A stretch of 57,104 nt of DNA from Macrostomum lignano (GCA_002269645.1 NIVC01002078.1:149624-206727), one strand, 5' to 3'. Shown: positions 26,021 to 46,761, numbered from the stretch's first letter. A program made the numbers and translations. Notes: generated from the sequence alone by a model not told the origin.

Positions 26021-26287
26021 TTTAATATCTATCCCCAAGTCATCGAGAATAGCTACATGAATACTCGCAGCTGCATCCCGCCCCATCTCAAATTCCCTCA
26101 GTATCCCTACACAGGAGCGTTCGGCAAGCGGGGCACTGGCAGCGGCAATCGTCCCCTGCTCAAACTAATGATGCCGGAACGATGCGGCCACGTTGGAACC
26201 GACGGCGCTGTCATACGCGGCATCTGCGACGACTGCCAGTCTGAGGATGAGGAAATTTTGGGCAATACCAGCTTTGTAATTAGTTAA
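26021..26287 (+). CDS. Probable terminal coding exon (phase 0), possibly the C-terminus of the four-TM gene
   Basis: Acceptor ctcccag at the end of the repeat, then the open GC-rich frame FNIYPQVIENSYMNTRSCIPPHLKFPQYPY...CGHVGTDGAVIRGICDDCQSEDEEIL...*. Parent gene not established. Confidence 0.45.
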   Translation, partial: FNIYPQVIENSYMNTRSCIPPHLKFPQYPYTGAFGKRGTGSGNRPLLKLMMPERCGHVGTDGAVIRGICDDCQSEDEEILGNTSFVIS

Positions 26288-27104
26288 GCGTGTTTGTTTC
26301 TAATCAAAATGACAATTTTAGTGTGTGCGAAATCGTATTTAACTTATACGCACAAGTTCACCCAAAATTTTGACCTATTTTTGAAGAGCATTAAAAAATT
26401 ATCGATTTTTCTGTACGTCTACTGAGAAACTCTTTAGTTAGTAGCATCATTCGACTATGCGTTGTATTATTTATTTTACTATAATACAAGTTAATCGCCG
26501 CTTTAAATTTGATATTCTTCCGCAAAATTTATTAGCTTTCTTTTGCGCATAAATCTTTTGTTCTAGTCACGCGTGTTTTTTTTTAAATTTGTCTCGGAGA
26601 CAATATTGGTTAATTTTATTAAGGCGCACAAAGTACTTTTTTAAATAAAATTCTATCCGTGCTACTTTTAGTGGTAAAATTAATGACTAGTAATGCATCG
26701 TGCGTTTTTAAGTTCTTTTTATTGCCTGCTCGTATATTTGCATAATGAGTAGCTCTATATGCGTGTATAGTAGTATGTTTAATTAACTGGCACGGATACA
26801 CCAAAATGATTTAAACTGCTCGATATTGTTGTATTGTCACAATTTGCATTGTTTAATTTTTTTTATTTTCCTCCGGTATCATCGTTTGTTAATGAGCGCA
26901 ATTATGATCTTCGTGGAATATCATTGATTAGCTTGAATTGCTTCTTTTGTATATGTCTCTCTTTTATTTCCACTTTTAAGTTTATACTATATATGTACGC
27001 GTAAGTCATATATTAGTTTTTTACTATTCAATATTTCTGTCAATGGCAATTTTATTTTAGTTTATTCATTTCCTTTACCGATTCCGATATTGGCGCAACG
27101 TCTT

Positions 27105-27293
27105 CGGCGGATACTAGTATGCTGGAAAGCACTCAATACACACGCTCCCACGGGGTGTACAACAGCCCGGCGGATACTAGTATGCTGGAAAGCACTCAGT
27201 ACACACGCTCCCACGGGGTGTACAACAGCCCGGCGGATACTAGTATGCTGGAAGGCACTCAATACACACGCTCCCACGGGGTGTACAACAGCC
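27105..27293. repeat. 63-bp tandem repeat, 3 copies
   Basis: cggcggatactagtatgctggaaagcactcaatacacacgctcccacggggtgtacaacagcc x3. Confidence 0.95.
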
Positions 27294-27829
27294 CTTTGGC
27301 GTGTACACTTTGGGCCTTAGAGTTTGGTGTTAATTGGGGTGTGGATTGTGTGAATTGAATTGAATTAATTTTCTGTGGCTCAAGATCGACTGTCACATTG
27401 TCATTTTTACTAATTTTATAATATTGAATTACTTTCCGTCAATTATAATTATTTTGTTCTACTAAACAAGTTTAGTTCTTTCATAACTTTTTTGGCCTTT
27501 TTAGTGTTTCTTTTTCTGTTGCTTTTGTCTCTTATTTTCTTCTGTTCTCTTGCTTTACAATGCTTGCAATATATTTTAAAAGTACTTGTTTTTGTTATTA
27601 ATTTTGTTGAAGCTGAAGAAGAAATGAAAGCTATGCATTGTATTGTCCTGTGTGCAACCCGATGTCCCCGGCAGGTCATATCAGCATTGTGCTCGTCATA
27701 GGCACTTGCGGGCATTATTGTTACTTCTGGGTGCGCGAAATAGTCTGTAAGAATTGAATTGAAATATATTGCGTCAGTTAATGCGATTATATTACGTGTA
27801 TGTTTTTATGTTATTTATTATCAATACAT

Positions 27830-28250
27830 AGATATGCAATATCTCATAGATAATCAGTTTCTTATATAGATTAATCAATTTCTCATAATTTCTCATATAG
27901 ATTACCCAATTTCTCATATAGATTAACCAATTCTCATATAATTTAGCCAATTTCTCATAATTTCTCATATAGATTACCCAATTTCTCATATATTAACCAA
28001 TTTCTCATATAGGTTAATCAATATATTATATAGCTTAATTAATTTCTCATAAAGATTAATACATATATCTTATATATTAATAAGTTTCTCAAAAAGGCTA
28101 ATCAATTTCTAATATAAAATAATCGATTTCTCATATAAATCAATGCATTTCTCATATAGATCAATGCATTTCTCATATAGATCAATGCATTTCTCATATA
28201 GATCAATGCATTTTTCATATAGATCAATGCGTTTCTAATCTAGATTAATC
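27830..28250. repeat. Degenerate ~21-bp AT-rich minisatellite
   Basis: atttctcatatagattaacca / atttctcatatagatcaatgc variants. Confidence 0.8.
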
Positions 28251-28425
28251 GACTTTTCAAATTACTGATAAATGAAATTCATTTCAACTTTCTGACTTGA
28301 CAAACAATTTCTGGCTTACGCGTGAAAAGGAAAAACCAGTGAATCACACAGCACAGCGCTGATAAGCTCTGTACCAATCAGAGAGGCTGCAGGTGCACCT
28401 GTACCGATATTATACAAGCTGGAAT

Positions 28426-38407
<9,982 letters not shown>

Positions 38408-38884
38408 CGAAGAAATCCCATTTGAAGCCACTATCCCTGAATTTCCCCCCAGCTGAGCATCTTAAAACTAAAAGTAATTTTGTTTATTGGCCATGTTTTG
38501 TGCTAACGGCAATGCCACCTGGCTTGCCAGTATTTAACTCTGCTGGTTCAACTGTTTTGCCTTCCATTTCCACTCTCACTCTTTGTGAGCCTTCAGCCCC
38601 CTGCCTTCATTCATTCATTCAAATATGTCCTCGCGTACACGCTGAACTGTGAAAATGTCTGCTACACGAGACCTTAATTCACCTATTTGGTTTCTATTTG
38701 CTCTCCTTATTTTACCATCTGACTGTTGCTTGATGCCAATCTGATAAACTTATACGAGCGTATTTGAAAAAATACCGTAATTCAATTTGCAATTCAAATT
38801 ATGACATATTTAATTTTTCATAATTTGCTGGTCACATACCGTATAAGTAGGCCTGCGAGATTTGGTTTCGATATGTGACGGTCA

Positions 38885-39165
38885 TTTTACCCACCACCCC
38901 ATTTCACCCACCTCCCCATTCCACCCACCACCCCATTTCACCCACCTCCCCATTCCACCCACCACCCATTCCACCCACCACCCCATTTCACCCACCACCC
39001 CATTTCACCCACCACCCCATTTCACCCACCACCCCATTTCACCCACCACCCCATTTCACCCACCACCCCATTTCACCCACCACCCCGTTCCACCCACCAC
39101 CCCATTTCACCCACCACCCCATTTAATCCGCCACCCCATTCCACCCATCACCCATTTCACCCACC
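38885..39165. repeat. 20-bp C-rich minisatellite downstream of XPOT
   Basis: ccaccccatttcacccacca repeated. Confidence 0.9.
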
Positions 39166-40184
39166 GTCCCAGAGCGCATTATACGATATGAAAATACCGC
39201 ACTGCAATCTGCTATCTGTTCTAAGCAACTCAAATGATTTCTTTTTTGCTTTTTCAAATATTTTTAGCATTTCAGCGTCACGCAAGTAGACTAAAGTCTA
39301 AAAGTCCATTTGCTACAAGTTGTTACCTTTACTAAAATATTTAACACCACTTTTTTCGCTTGATTCCATTTAATTTAACTTTGCCTACCCGAAGTGCCTG
39401 CTTATCAGGCGCGTGCTCTGTTATAAAATCATTATCAGCTTATCTCCGCTCTTCAAATTATTAATTTTCTATTTTTGTACAGGACAATCATATCGTAAAA
39501 CCTCAATTTCGCTATTTGTGCCCTGTAGTTGAAATCTAATAGCTGTTCGTAGATGGCATTCCTTCTCGACTTGGCTAAATGATTATCCTATATATCGCTA
39601 TTAATCCTCTTTAGTTTTTTTTCGTTTGACACTGTGCGTTTTAAACTCTCGAGTCTGCCTTGTCTTTCTTCCTTTCATTTGTTGCTGAAATTATCAACCC
39701 TTGCTTTCTGCTTTTTCTGCTCTTCTCTACTTGATTAATTAATTTTTGCGTCCCTAAGTTTTGATTTGCAGTCAGTCCAATTTTCAATACTTTACTTGCT
39801 ACTTATGTCGTGTATAGTAGTATGAAATATGTACACTCAGCTGCTCTCGCCTCACATTTGTTTTCTCTCTTTGTTCAACTTTGTAACGGCATGCGCACAG
39901 AGGTGTTGGGCAAAATTTGTTAATTTTGGTATTTGTTCGACTTTTCAGCACAAGAAAGGGCCTCAATTTAATCCACGTGTGTCCAAATTTTGTCCTATTT
40001 TCCTGGTTGAAGTGAGGTTGCGTTGGATTGAACTAATGCCCGAGTTTTTCCTATTTGTGCTTTGCTTCATTTGACAGTCGGTCTTGTCAGTTAAAATATA
40101 TAATAGTCTACATGATTGAATAATTTGATAATCTCTTGTATATTTAACTTCATTGGCTTCATATAAGCGGCTATACACAGCGTC

Positions 40185-41140
40185 TACACGCCTCCGTCAC
40201 ACAGCCCCGTCTAGCCCTCCACTCTGCCATCTCCAGACACGCTCCCGACAAGTCACCCCTTTAACCCCCCCCACTCAGCCAGTCCCTATGCACACACGCT
40301 CCCGACAAGCCACCCCTCTAACCCCCCCCACTCAGCCTGTCCCTATGTACACACGCTCCCGACAAGCCACCCCTCTAACCCCACTCAGCCAGTCCCTATG
40401 TACTCACGCTCCCAACAATACAAGCAACCCACCCTCTAACCCCACTCAGCCAGTCCATATGTACACACGCTCCCGACCAGCCGCCCACCCCTCTAACCCC
40501 ACTCAGCTACCCCTCTGTACACACGCTCCCGACAAGCCGCCACCCCCTAGCCCCCCACTCAGCCACCCCTCTGTACACACGCTCCCGACAAGCCGCCACC
40601 CCTAGCCCCCACTCAGCCAACCCTCTGTACACACGCTCCCGACAAGCCGCCACCCCCTAGCCCCCACTCAGCTACCCCCTCTGTACACACGCTCCCGACA
40701 AGCCGCCACCCCCTAGCCCCCCACTCAGCCACCCCTCTGTACACACGCTCCCGACAAGCCGCCACCCCCTAGCCCCCCACTCAGCTACCCCCTCTGTACA
40801 CACGCTCCCGACAAGCCGCCACCCCCTAGCCCCCCACTCAGCTACCCCTCTGTACACACGCTCCCTACAAGCCGCCACCCCTAGCCCCCACTCAGCTACC
40901 CCCTCTGTACACACGCTCCCTACAAGCCGCCCACCCCCTAACCCCCCACTCAGCCACCCCTCTGTACACACGCTCCCGATAAGCCGCCCACCCCCTAGCC
41001 CCCCACTCAGCCACCCCCTCTGTACACACGCTCCCGACAAGCCGCCCACCCCCTAGCTCCCCACTCAGCCACCCCCTCTGTCCCTTCTGTACACACGCTC
41101 CCGACAAGCCGCCCACCCCTCTAACCCGCACTCAGCCAGT
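40185..41140. repeat. ~50-bp C-rich minisatellite upstream of the J-domain ORF (probably in a 5' UTR intron)
   Basis: ctgtacacacgctcccgacaagccgccaccccctagccccccactcagc variants. Confidence 0.93.
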
Positions 41141-41218
41141 CTCTGTGCTCACTAATAACAAGGCAAAACAACCACAGCCACTCCTTATCAAAATTCATGC
41201 TTGTCTCACCCTGTTGCC

Positions 41219-41950
41219 ATGCAAACCGCGAATTCAGCCAATCAAGAGCAGTCGGATTGCGTCTCTCGCATTCTAATAGCTAGCCGCTGCGCGAATCACT
41301 ACGAAGTGCTTGGCGTTGCCATGGACGCAACCGAACAGGAAGTGAAGCGAGCCTACCGTAAACTAGCGCTGCTATGCCATCCGGACAAGAATCCGTCGGC
41401 TTCTGGCGCCGCGTCCGAGGCTTTCAAAGCTCTAGTGAGCGCATTTGAAGTTCTGTCCGATCCGATCCGGCGGCGTCAGTATGACAGTCAGGCAATTGGC
41501 TCAGCCAAACCGCGCCAGCCTAATAGTAGTAATAGTAATAATTGCCGAACCAGCCATCAGCCCAGTTACGGGCATCGCAGCACCGCCACCACCGCCAGCA
41601 ATTTGATGGGCGGCAATATGCACTTTTATCCGCACTGTTGGTCTGGAAGTACTTTTCAACAGCAGCAGCAGCGGCAGCGGCAGCAGGCCGCTTTCTGCAG
41701 TTCGACAGCTGGTCACGTGTTCTGGCAGCCGTTCTATCAGTTCGAGTTCGGGCACGCCCAGCATGCGCAGTTCTCTGCCCCGTTTGGCTATCCTCATCAT
41801 CCTCAGCAGCAGCATCATCATCCGTTCCAGCATCCGCAGAATCAGCCTCATCATCATTACCAGCATCAGCATCAATTTAATCCGTTTACCTACGGTCAAG
41901 CGTTTGTGTTCGCGCATCATACGAACAATTTCCCTTATCAGTTTGTTTAA
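41219..41950 (+). CDS. J-domain (DnaJ/Hsp40) protein with a Gln/His-rich low-complexity C-terminus; single coding exon
   Basis: [34 protein letters not shown]...[22 protein letters not shown], with intact HPD. First ATG at 41219. Confidence 0.85.
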   Translation: MQTANSANQEQSDCVSRILIASRCANHYEVLGVAMDATEQEVKRAYRKLALLCHPDKNPSASGAASEAFKALVSAFEVLSDPIRRRQYDSQAIGSAKPRQPNSSNSNNCRTSHQPSYGHRSTATTASNLMGGNMHFYPHCWSGSTFQQQQQRQRQQAAFCSSTAGHVFWQPFYQFEFGHAQHAQFSAPFGYPHHPQQQHHHPFQHPQNQPHHHYQHQHQFNPFTYGQAFVFAHHTNNFPYQFV

Positions 41951-41958
41951 ACTCAATA

Positions 41959-42466
41959 CACGAGGTGTGGCCAAAAAGTAACGAGAATTTAGCTACAAAA
42001 ACTTTCAGAACAAAAAAATGCAATTTCAGTCAACCGCTGCCTTCAAATTAATTGCCGCCACTTTCAACACATCGCCTCAGGTGCCAGCTCCTGATGCAGC
42101 CCTGGAAGTCCTCCTTAATGATGCCCCTCAGCACCCCTGTCACACTGTCCTTAATGGCATCCAATTCTTCAAATCTGGATCCTTTGAGGACCTGCTTCAC
42201 CTTGGGAAAGAGCCAGAAATCACACGGCGCCATATCTCTTGTCTGTTGGCCAAAAGCTGTCTCGATGTCCAATTGCAGCTGTTTCTGATCATCAGGGAGA
42301 AACTTTGGCACCATCTTCGACGCTCTGCCGTCCATCCTGGAATCGCTTGTACCACTAATACACCCTTGTCTCTGAGACATAGCATCATCTCTATACACCT
42401 CATGAAGCAGCTGGAGGCATTCCGATGGCTTCTTGCAATTCTCGTTACTTTTTGGCCACAACCTCT
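41959..42466 (-). mobile_element. Internally deleted Tc1/mariner (mariner) element with both TIRs and TA flanks
   Basis: TIR gtggccaaaaagtaacgagaatt at 41967-41989 and its reverse complement at 42438-42460; TA at 41957-58 and 42467-68. Remnant peptides MVPKFLPDDQKQ (WVPHEL-like) and DMAPCDFWLFPKVKQVLKGSRF (YSPDLAP-like). Frameshifted, catalytic core missing. Confidence 0.85.
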
Positions 42467-43189
42467 TAACTGGCCGATGCAATTGTGATCTGTTGTTAAT
42501 TTCTGCTCCCGTTCTGCTGAGCGCGCATACAAATTTATTCGTGTTTTTGTACGACTTTTCTGTGTACAAATCCGAATGTAATGCTCTTTCTTTCTTTTAA
42601 AAAGAATTTTAAATATATATAATGTCTGCGATGTGATGCCGTGCTTATATAAGTCAGTTTTTAGCACTGTTATGTACTCTCAATGTGTATTTAAGTGCAC
42701 CCAAATATTTAGATTTTTTCTCTATGCGCTAATAAACTACTGTGAGTAGTTCTGCCTATGTATACACTGCTACTTGCCTGTGAATCATCAGCTATTCCAT
42801 TCTCTTAATATCTTTTTTCTTCTATACTTGCGCTATTTTTCTATTATTATTATCTTGCTTATTGTTGCTTTTTAAAACAAGAATAATTTCAAAACTATTA
42901 AACTATTTATGCAATTGAAGAGCTGCTAAACGGCTGTACACATTGGGAAGTTCTTGCTAATATTATTATGGCTTCGTTTAATTCAAAATTCATGTCTCGT
43001 CTTTTCCAGCCGTTTTGCAGCCTATATAGAGTATAGATTTGCGCGAAATTCTTGTCTAGAATTTCTGGCGCAAATGTTTTTCAACTTGCTGTTTAAACAG
43101 CTGTTTTATTGCTAAGCATTTTCTCTATCTGTTTAAATAACTGTTTAAATTGAGCATTTTCATACTGTAACTCATAAATTACTTTATGC

Positions 43190-43290
43190 CACATGTCGGC
43201 AAACTCAGGCCCGTGGGCCACATGCGGCCCGCAAAGCCTCTCTCCGGCCCTCGGGTCTTTTGAAACTTCACAATAGAAATCCGGCCCGCT
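43190..43290 (+). mobile_element. Fragment resembling a hAT/Charlie-type left end
   Basis: tgtcggcaaactcaggcccgtgggccacatgcggcccg matches the recalled pattern of hAT MITE termini. No matching right end seen. Confidence 0.45.
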
Positions 43291-43304
43291 CAAGGTTTAT
43301 ATCG

Positions 43305-43740
43305 CTTCTCAGTTCTCTCATCTCTTTTTTTCTTTTTTCTTATCTCCTATCCTCTCTCTCCTCTCTCTCGTCTCATCTCATCTCCTCACATCTCTCTTCT
43401 CATCTCCTCTCCTCTCTCGTCTCCTCTCATCTCCTCACATCTCTCTTCTCATCTCCTCTCCTCTCTCGTCTCCTCTCATCTCCTCACATCTCTCTTCTCA
43501 TCTCCTCTCCTCTCTCGTCTCCTCTCATCTCCTCACATCTCTCTTCTCATCTCCTCTCCTCTCTCGTCTCCTCTCATCTCCTCACATCTCTCTTCTAATC
43601 TCCTCTCCTCTCTCTCCTCTCAACTCCTCTACTCTGTCTCTTATCTCCTCTTCCCTTCTCTCCTCTTCTCTCTTCTCATCTTTCATCTCACCTCTCCTCT
43701 ATTCTGTCATCTGTCATCATCTCCTCCTTCTTCTCTCTAG
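43305..43740. repeat. CT-rich tandem repeat (~58-bp higher-order unit)
   Basis: cctctctcgtctcctctcatctcctcacatctctcttctcatctcctct repeated. Confidence 0.9.
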
Positions 43741-44535
43741 TTTATGGTTCATACAGACTGGTCCTGTAGTTCAGAAAGTTTTCCTAGACAAATTAGGTGT
43801 CGAGGTGATTTCTTGAACTGTGTGGCCCAACCCCAAAGTGTAATCCTTTATTCATGTTGAATTTTTGTCATATTATAATTTTTTACGTACTTGTAACTGG
43901 CATAGTATCTGTCATAGTATTTTTCCACTTTTAAATATTGATCAAATCAAATGGCAATAAGAATTTGTTGTGTTCTTGTCCTAATTATTAGGTGTTGTGG
44001 CTAAAGTTTTAGAACAAAATTTGTTATGTTAATTCGTCTTTGTGCCTCGTCGCGTTTCGCAAATTTATATTTGTTTTTTTTTTCTAGTTAGCTGCATGTT
44101 GTAGCTTTTTTAGTAGAAACCTTGCTGGCGCAATAATATATAGTCGTAAGTAAAAAATCAAGCATCGATTGTCAAAAATTTCGTCTACTTTATATATCTG
44201 CCGTTAAGAAGAATTCATTCCGGCTAAAAAATCTACGTCGTTGCGTCGTTTGTGGCTCAATCATTTATTATTTACTTGTAGTAATTTTTCCTAAAGCAGC
44301 TAGGTAACTCCGCAGGTTAAAGTCAGATACACAAATAACCGATATTCACGTCACACAGTACTTGCAGTCTGTTCCTTCAAATTTATTTTTGTTTTATCCT
44401 TAATATAAAACCATGCTGTTATTTTTTGTGTATATGTACATGTACCTATAAGACAAGCATCTTTGTCATGTATCTACAGTGTTTCTAATACCATGTACGA
44501 GCGTGATCTCCCTCGTATCTAGGGGCAGAATGAGT

Positions 44536-44718
44536 TTAGGCAGTAAAAGCGTCTGGCTCTTGCGCCACGACTCTTAGTTCGATTCCGTGCGCGGCCCACA
44601 TCAATTTATGGACTGTGCTGCCGTGCACGAAAAATAGCCTGACCGAGGAAATTAAATCTTCATGCGATTCGTCATAACCATGATAGACAGTCAGATTGTA
44701 CACATCCGACTCAAAAAT
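44536..44718 (-). CDS. Possible terminal exon of an unidentified gene
   Basis: Acceptor ggcccag, then open frame IFESDVYNLTVYHGYDESHEDLISSVRLFFVHGSTVHKLMWAAHGIELRVVAQEPDAFTA*. Upstream exons not resolved. Confidence 0.3.
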   Translation of the reverse strand: MFESDVYNLTVYHGYDESHEDLISSVRLFFVHGSTVHKLMWAAHGIELRVVAQEPDAFTA

Positions 44719-45129
44719 CTGGGCCACAGTACACCCAATAAAACGTGCGTGTATGCGTGCGTGCCTGCCTACAGTATCTGCACGCTTGTATGTGCTTAGC
44801 GTGCACGGCGGAATAAAATAGTTCACTTACTGTTGGTTGTCTAACGATATCAGGCCGTAAGTATTACAGCTTTACTATTGGAGAGTGCTAGCAAACCTTG
44901 CGAATATTTATCATTATCTGTATTATAAAACTTGAAGCAATATAAAGCGAACTGGCAGCTCTTGTTATAAAAACATTTTTTTTTCAATTACATACAGTAA
45001 ATTCCAGTCAAATGTATCATATACGAAATAAAGTTTCATATTGAAAATGTTATGGCTCAATAACTAAATTCTAAGCTGACAGCTTAGGCAAGGAAGTAGA
45101 AGGCATGAGGGGGCTTCTGGGACAAAATT

Positions 45130-45350
45130 TTTCACGTCCTCCATAATCCACCTAAATCCATCCATATTATCCCTGACAGAATCAGAAAAAAAAGGGGGGT
45201 CGCACTCGCTCACAAAACGTCCTCCATAATCCCATTAAATCCATCCATATTATCCCCGACAGAATCATAAAAAAAGGGAGGGGTCGCACTTGCTCCGAAA
45301 ACTTCGAACATAATCGTATTAAATCCATCCATATTATCCCTGACAGAATC
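45130..45350. repeat. Two to three imperfect ~105-bp tandem copies
   Basis: aaatccatccatattatccctgacagaatca...ggggtcgcact repeated. Confidence 0.8.
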
Positions 45351-45550
45351 AGTGCATAACAGATGTCCACTAACACCTGTTATGTTCATTGACACCAACA
45401 TCCACCCATAGCATCTTCGAAACAATCGGAAAATAATCTGCATTCTTCTCCCCACATTCAATCCGAAGCGTTGAAACCAGATCCCTAAAACTTTAAATCC
45501 CCTAACCCAGGGTCCTCACCCTTTGAAAAAAAATTAAATTTTCTCTAAAA

Positions 45551-45787
45551 ATGTTTCCAGTTATCTCTCCAGGTTCTTATTACAAAGCGCACGAGCCTAA
45601 TTACAAGAGCAAGTACCAATGCAAACTAGAATGCAGCGAATACATGAGAAAATATTGGCCCGACGTTGATATCAATGTCCCTAATATTAATCAAGCACTT
45701 AAATCTCACTGGTTTGAAAAACACGGAGTAGTCATTAACAATTTTGACAGCTATTATAACTTTGCTGAAGTTATAAGGCAGTTATAG
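45551..45787 (+). CDS. Small hypothetical protein (78 aa), probably element-encoded
   Basis: Intact ORF with the AAAAATG context shared by the viral ORFs. No recognised motif. Confidence 0.5.
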   Translation: MFPVISPGSYYKAHEPNYKSKYQCKLECSEYMRKYWPDVDINVPNINQALKSHWFEKHGVVINNFDSYYNFAEVIRQL

Positions 45788-45975
45788 TAGCCAACTACAC
45801 TACAAGGTTGTACCCTGTAGAGTGCAGACGCAAGATCTAAAAAATACTGACAAAATCATGTGCAGCATAAAGCGGCTCGTATTTGTAAGCGATAGCTTAC
45901 TGATAGTAAAGCTATTTGAACATGGCGCGAATTCCTCACATGGTGGACTAGAAAATGTCGCCATGTGCAAGGGCG

Positions 45976-46113
45976 TATAAATAGCAGTTCCACTCAGCTG
46001 GCTAGAGGTGGAGCCGACCTCGTGTGGCTATGACTGACTGACGAGGGCAAAAAAGCCCAAAACCGGTCTCAGTCTGCCCCGCATGGTTCGATTCCCACTG
46101 GTTACATGATTTT
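45976..46113 (+). promoter_or_regulatory. Pol III type-2-like cassette around the hammerhead: A-box/D-arm-like, B box, T4 terminator; TATA-like motif just upstream
   Basis: tataaata 45976-83; ctcagctggctagag 45993-46007 (tRNA D-arm-like); ggttcgattcc 46085-95; tttt 46110-13. Confidence 0.5.
46032..46074 (+). ncRNA. Minimal type I hammerhead ribozyme fold (G12-to-A variant) within a Pol III-like cassette
   Basis: Stem I gactga(46032-37)/tcagtc(46069-74); core CTGACGA (46038-44); stem II gggc-aaaaaa-gccc (46045-58); AAAA in place of GAAA (46059-62); palindromic short stem III ACCGGT; cleavage triplet GTC ending 46068. Confidence 0.75.
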
Positions 46114-46260
46114 CACGAACGTTCGTAAAAATCATGTGCAGCATAAAGCGGCTCTCAGTGGTTACATGATTTTTACGAACTTTCGTAAAAATCATGTGCA
46201 GCATATAGCGGCTCTCAGTGGTTACATGATTTTCACGAACGTTCGTAAAAATCATGTGCA
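46099..46260. repeat. 60-bp tandem repeats, each with an internal palindrome (~2.7 copies, plus a partial copy at 45852-45878)
   Basis: tggttacatgattttcacgaacgttcgtaaaaatcatgtgcagcataaagcggctctcag; hairpin acatgatttt...aaaatcatgt. Confidence 0.93.
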
Positions 46261-46500
46261 TAACAGGAATTCGCACGAATTCAACTGTGCAAAATAGCAT
46301 TTTTCTGAGAAAGACTAGTGCGCAGTTGGATTCGCGCCATTTCCTGTCTTAACAGGAATTCGCACGAATTCAACTGTGCAAAATAGCATTTTTCTGAGAA
46401 AGACTAGTGCGCAGTTGGATTCGCGCCATTTCCTGTCTTAACAGGAATTCGCACGAATTCAACTGTGCAAAAAAAGCTTTTTTTCTGAGAAAGACTAATG
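46261..46500. repeat. 89-bp tandem repeats (~2.7 copies)
   Basis: Units start at 46261, 46350 and 46439 (taacaggaattcgcacgaattcaactgtgca...). Confidence 0.93.
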
Positions 46501-46761
46501 ACAGACTTGTGTTTTTTATGTGCGAATACTTGCGAAGTTAACCAACTTTTGGCATAATAAAACAATAGACTGAGCACAGACTATCTTTTTGTGTCCGATT
46601 TCTTTTGTGTTTTCAATCCTTTCACTAAATACTGGTTAGAAAAAAATAATGCTTGGTCAGTCCAAAAAGCGTGAGGTTGCCTACTAATAAGTAATATGAC
46701 TAGAAAAAATATACTCAAAATTCAAAATAAAACTGAAATAAAATATTTAGTAATTTTAACA

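Noticed and set aside
42048-42667. Intact transposase ORFs
   Set aside because: Fragments are in different frames, the catalytic core is deleted, and the ORFs run out past the TIR.
45780-45830. AGTAGC as the Polinton left terminus
   Set aside because: Not a clear (AGT)n/(AG)n end, the partner end and TSD cannot be checked, and an ORF with the viral ATG context lies to its left.
45984-46105. Canonical tRNA or tRNA with an intron
   Set aside because: Only the D-arm-like part and T-loop match; acceptor and T stems pair poorly and no anticodon arm is present.
46099-46500. CRISPR-like array (palindromic repeats)
   Set aside because: Units are head-to-tail with no unique spacers, there are no cas genes, and the context is eukaryotic.
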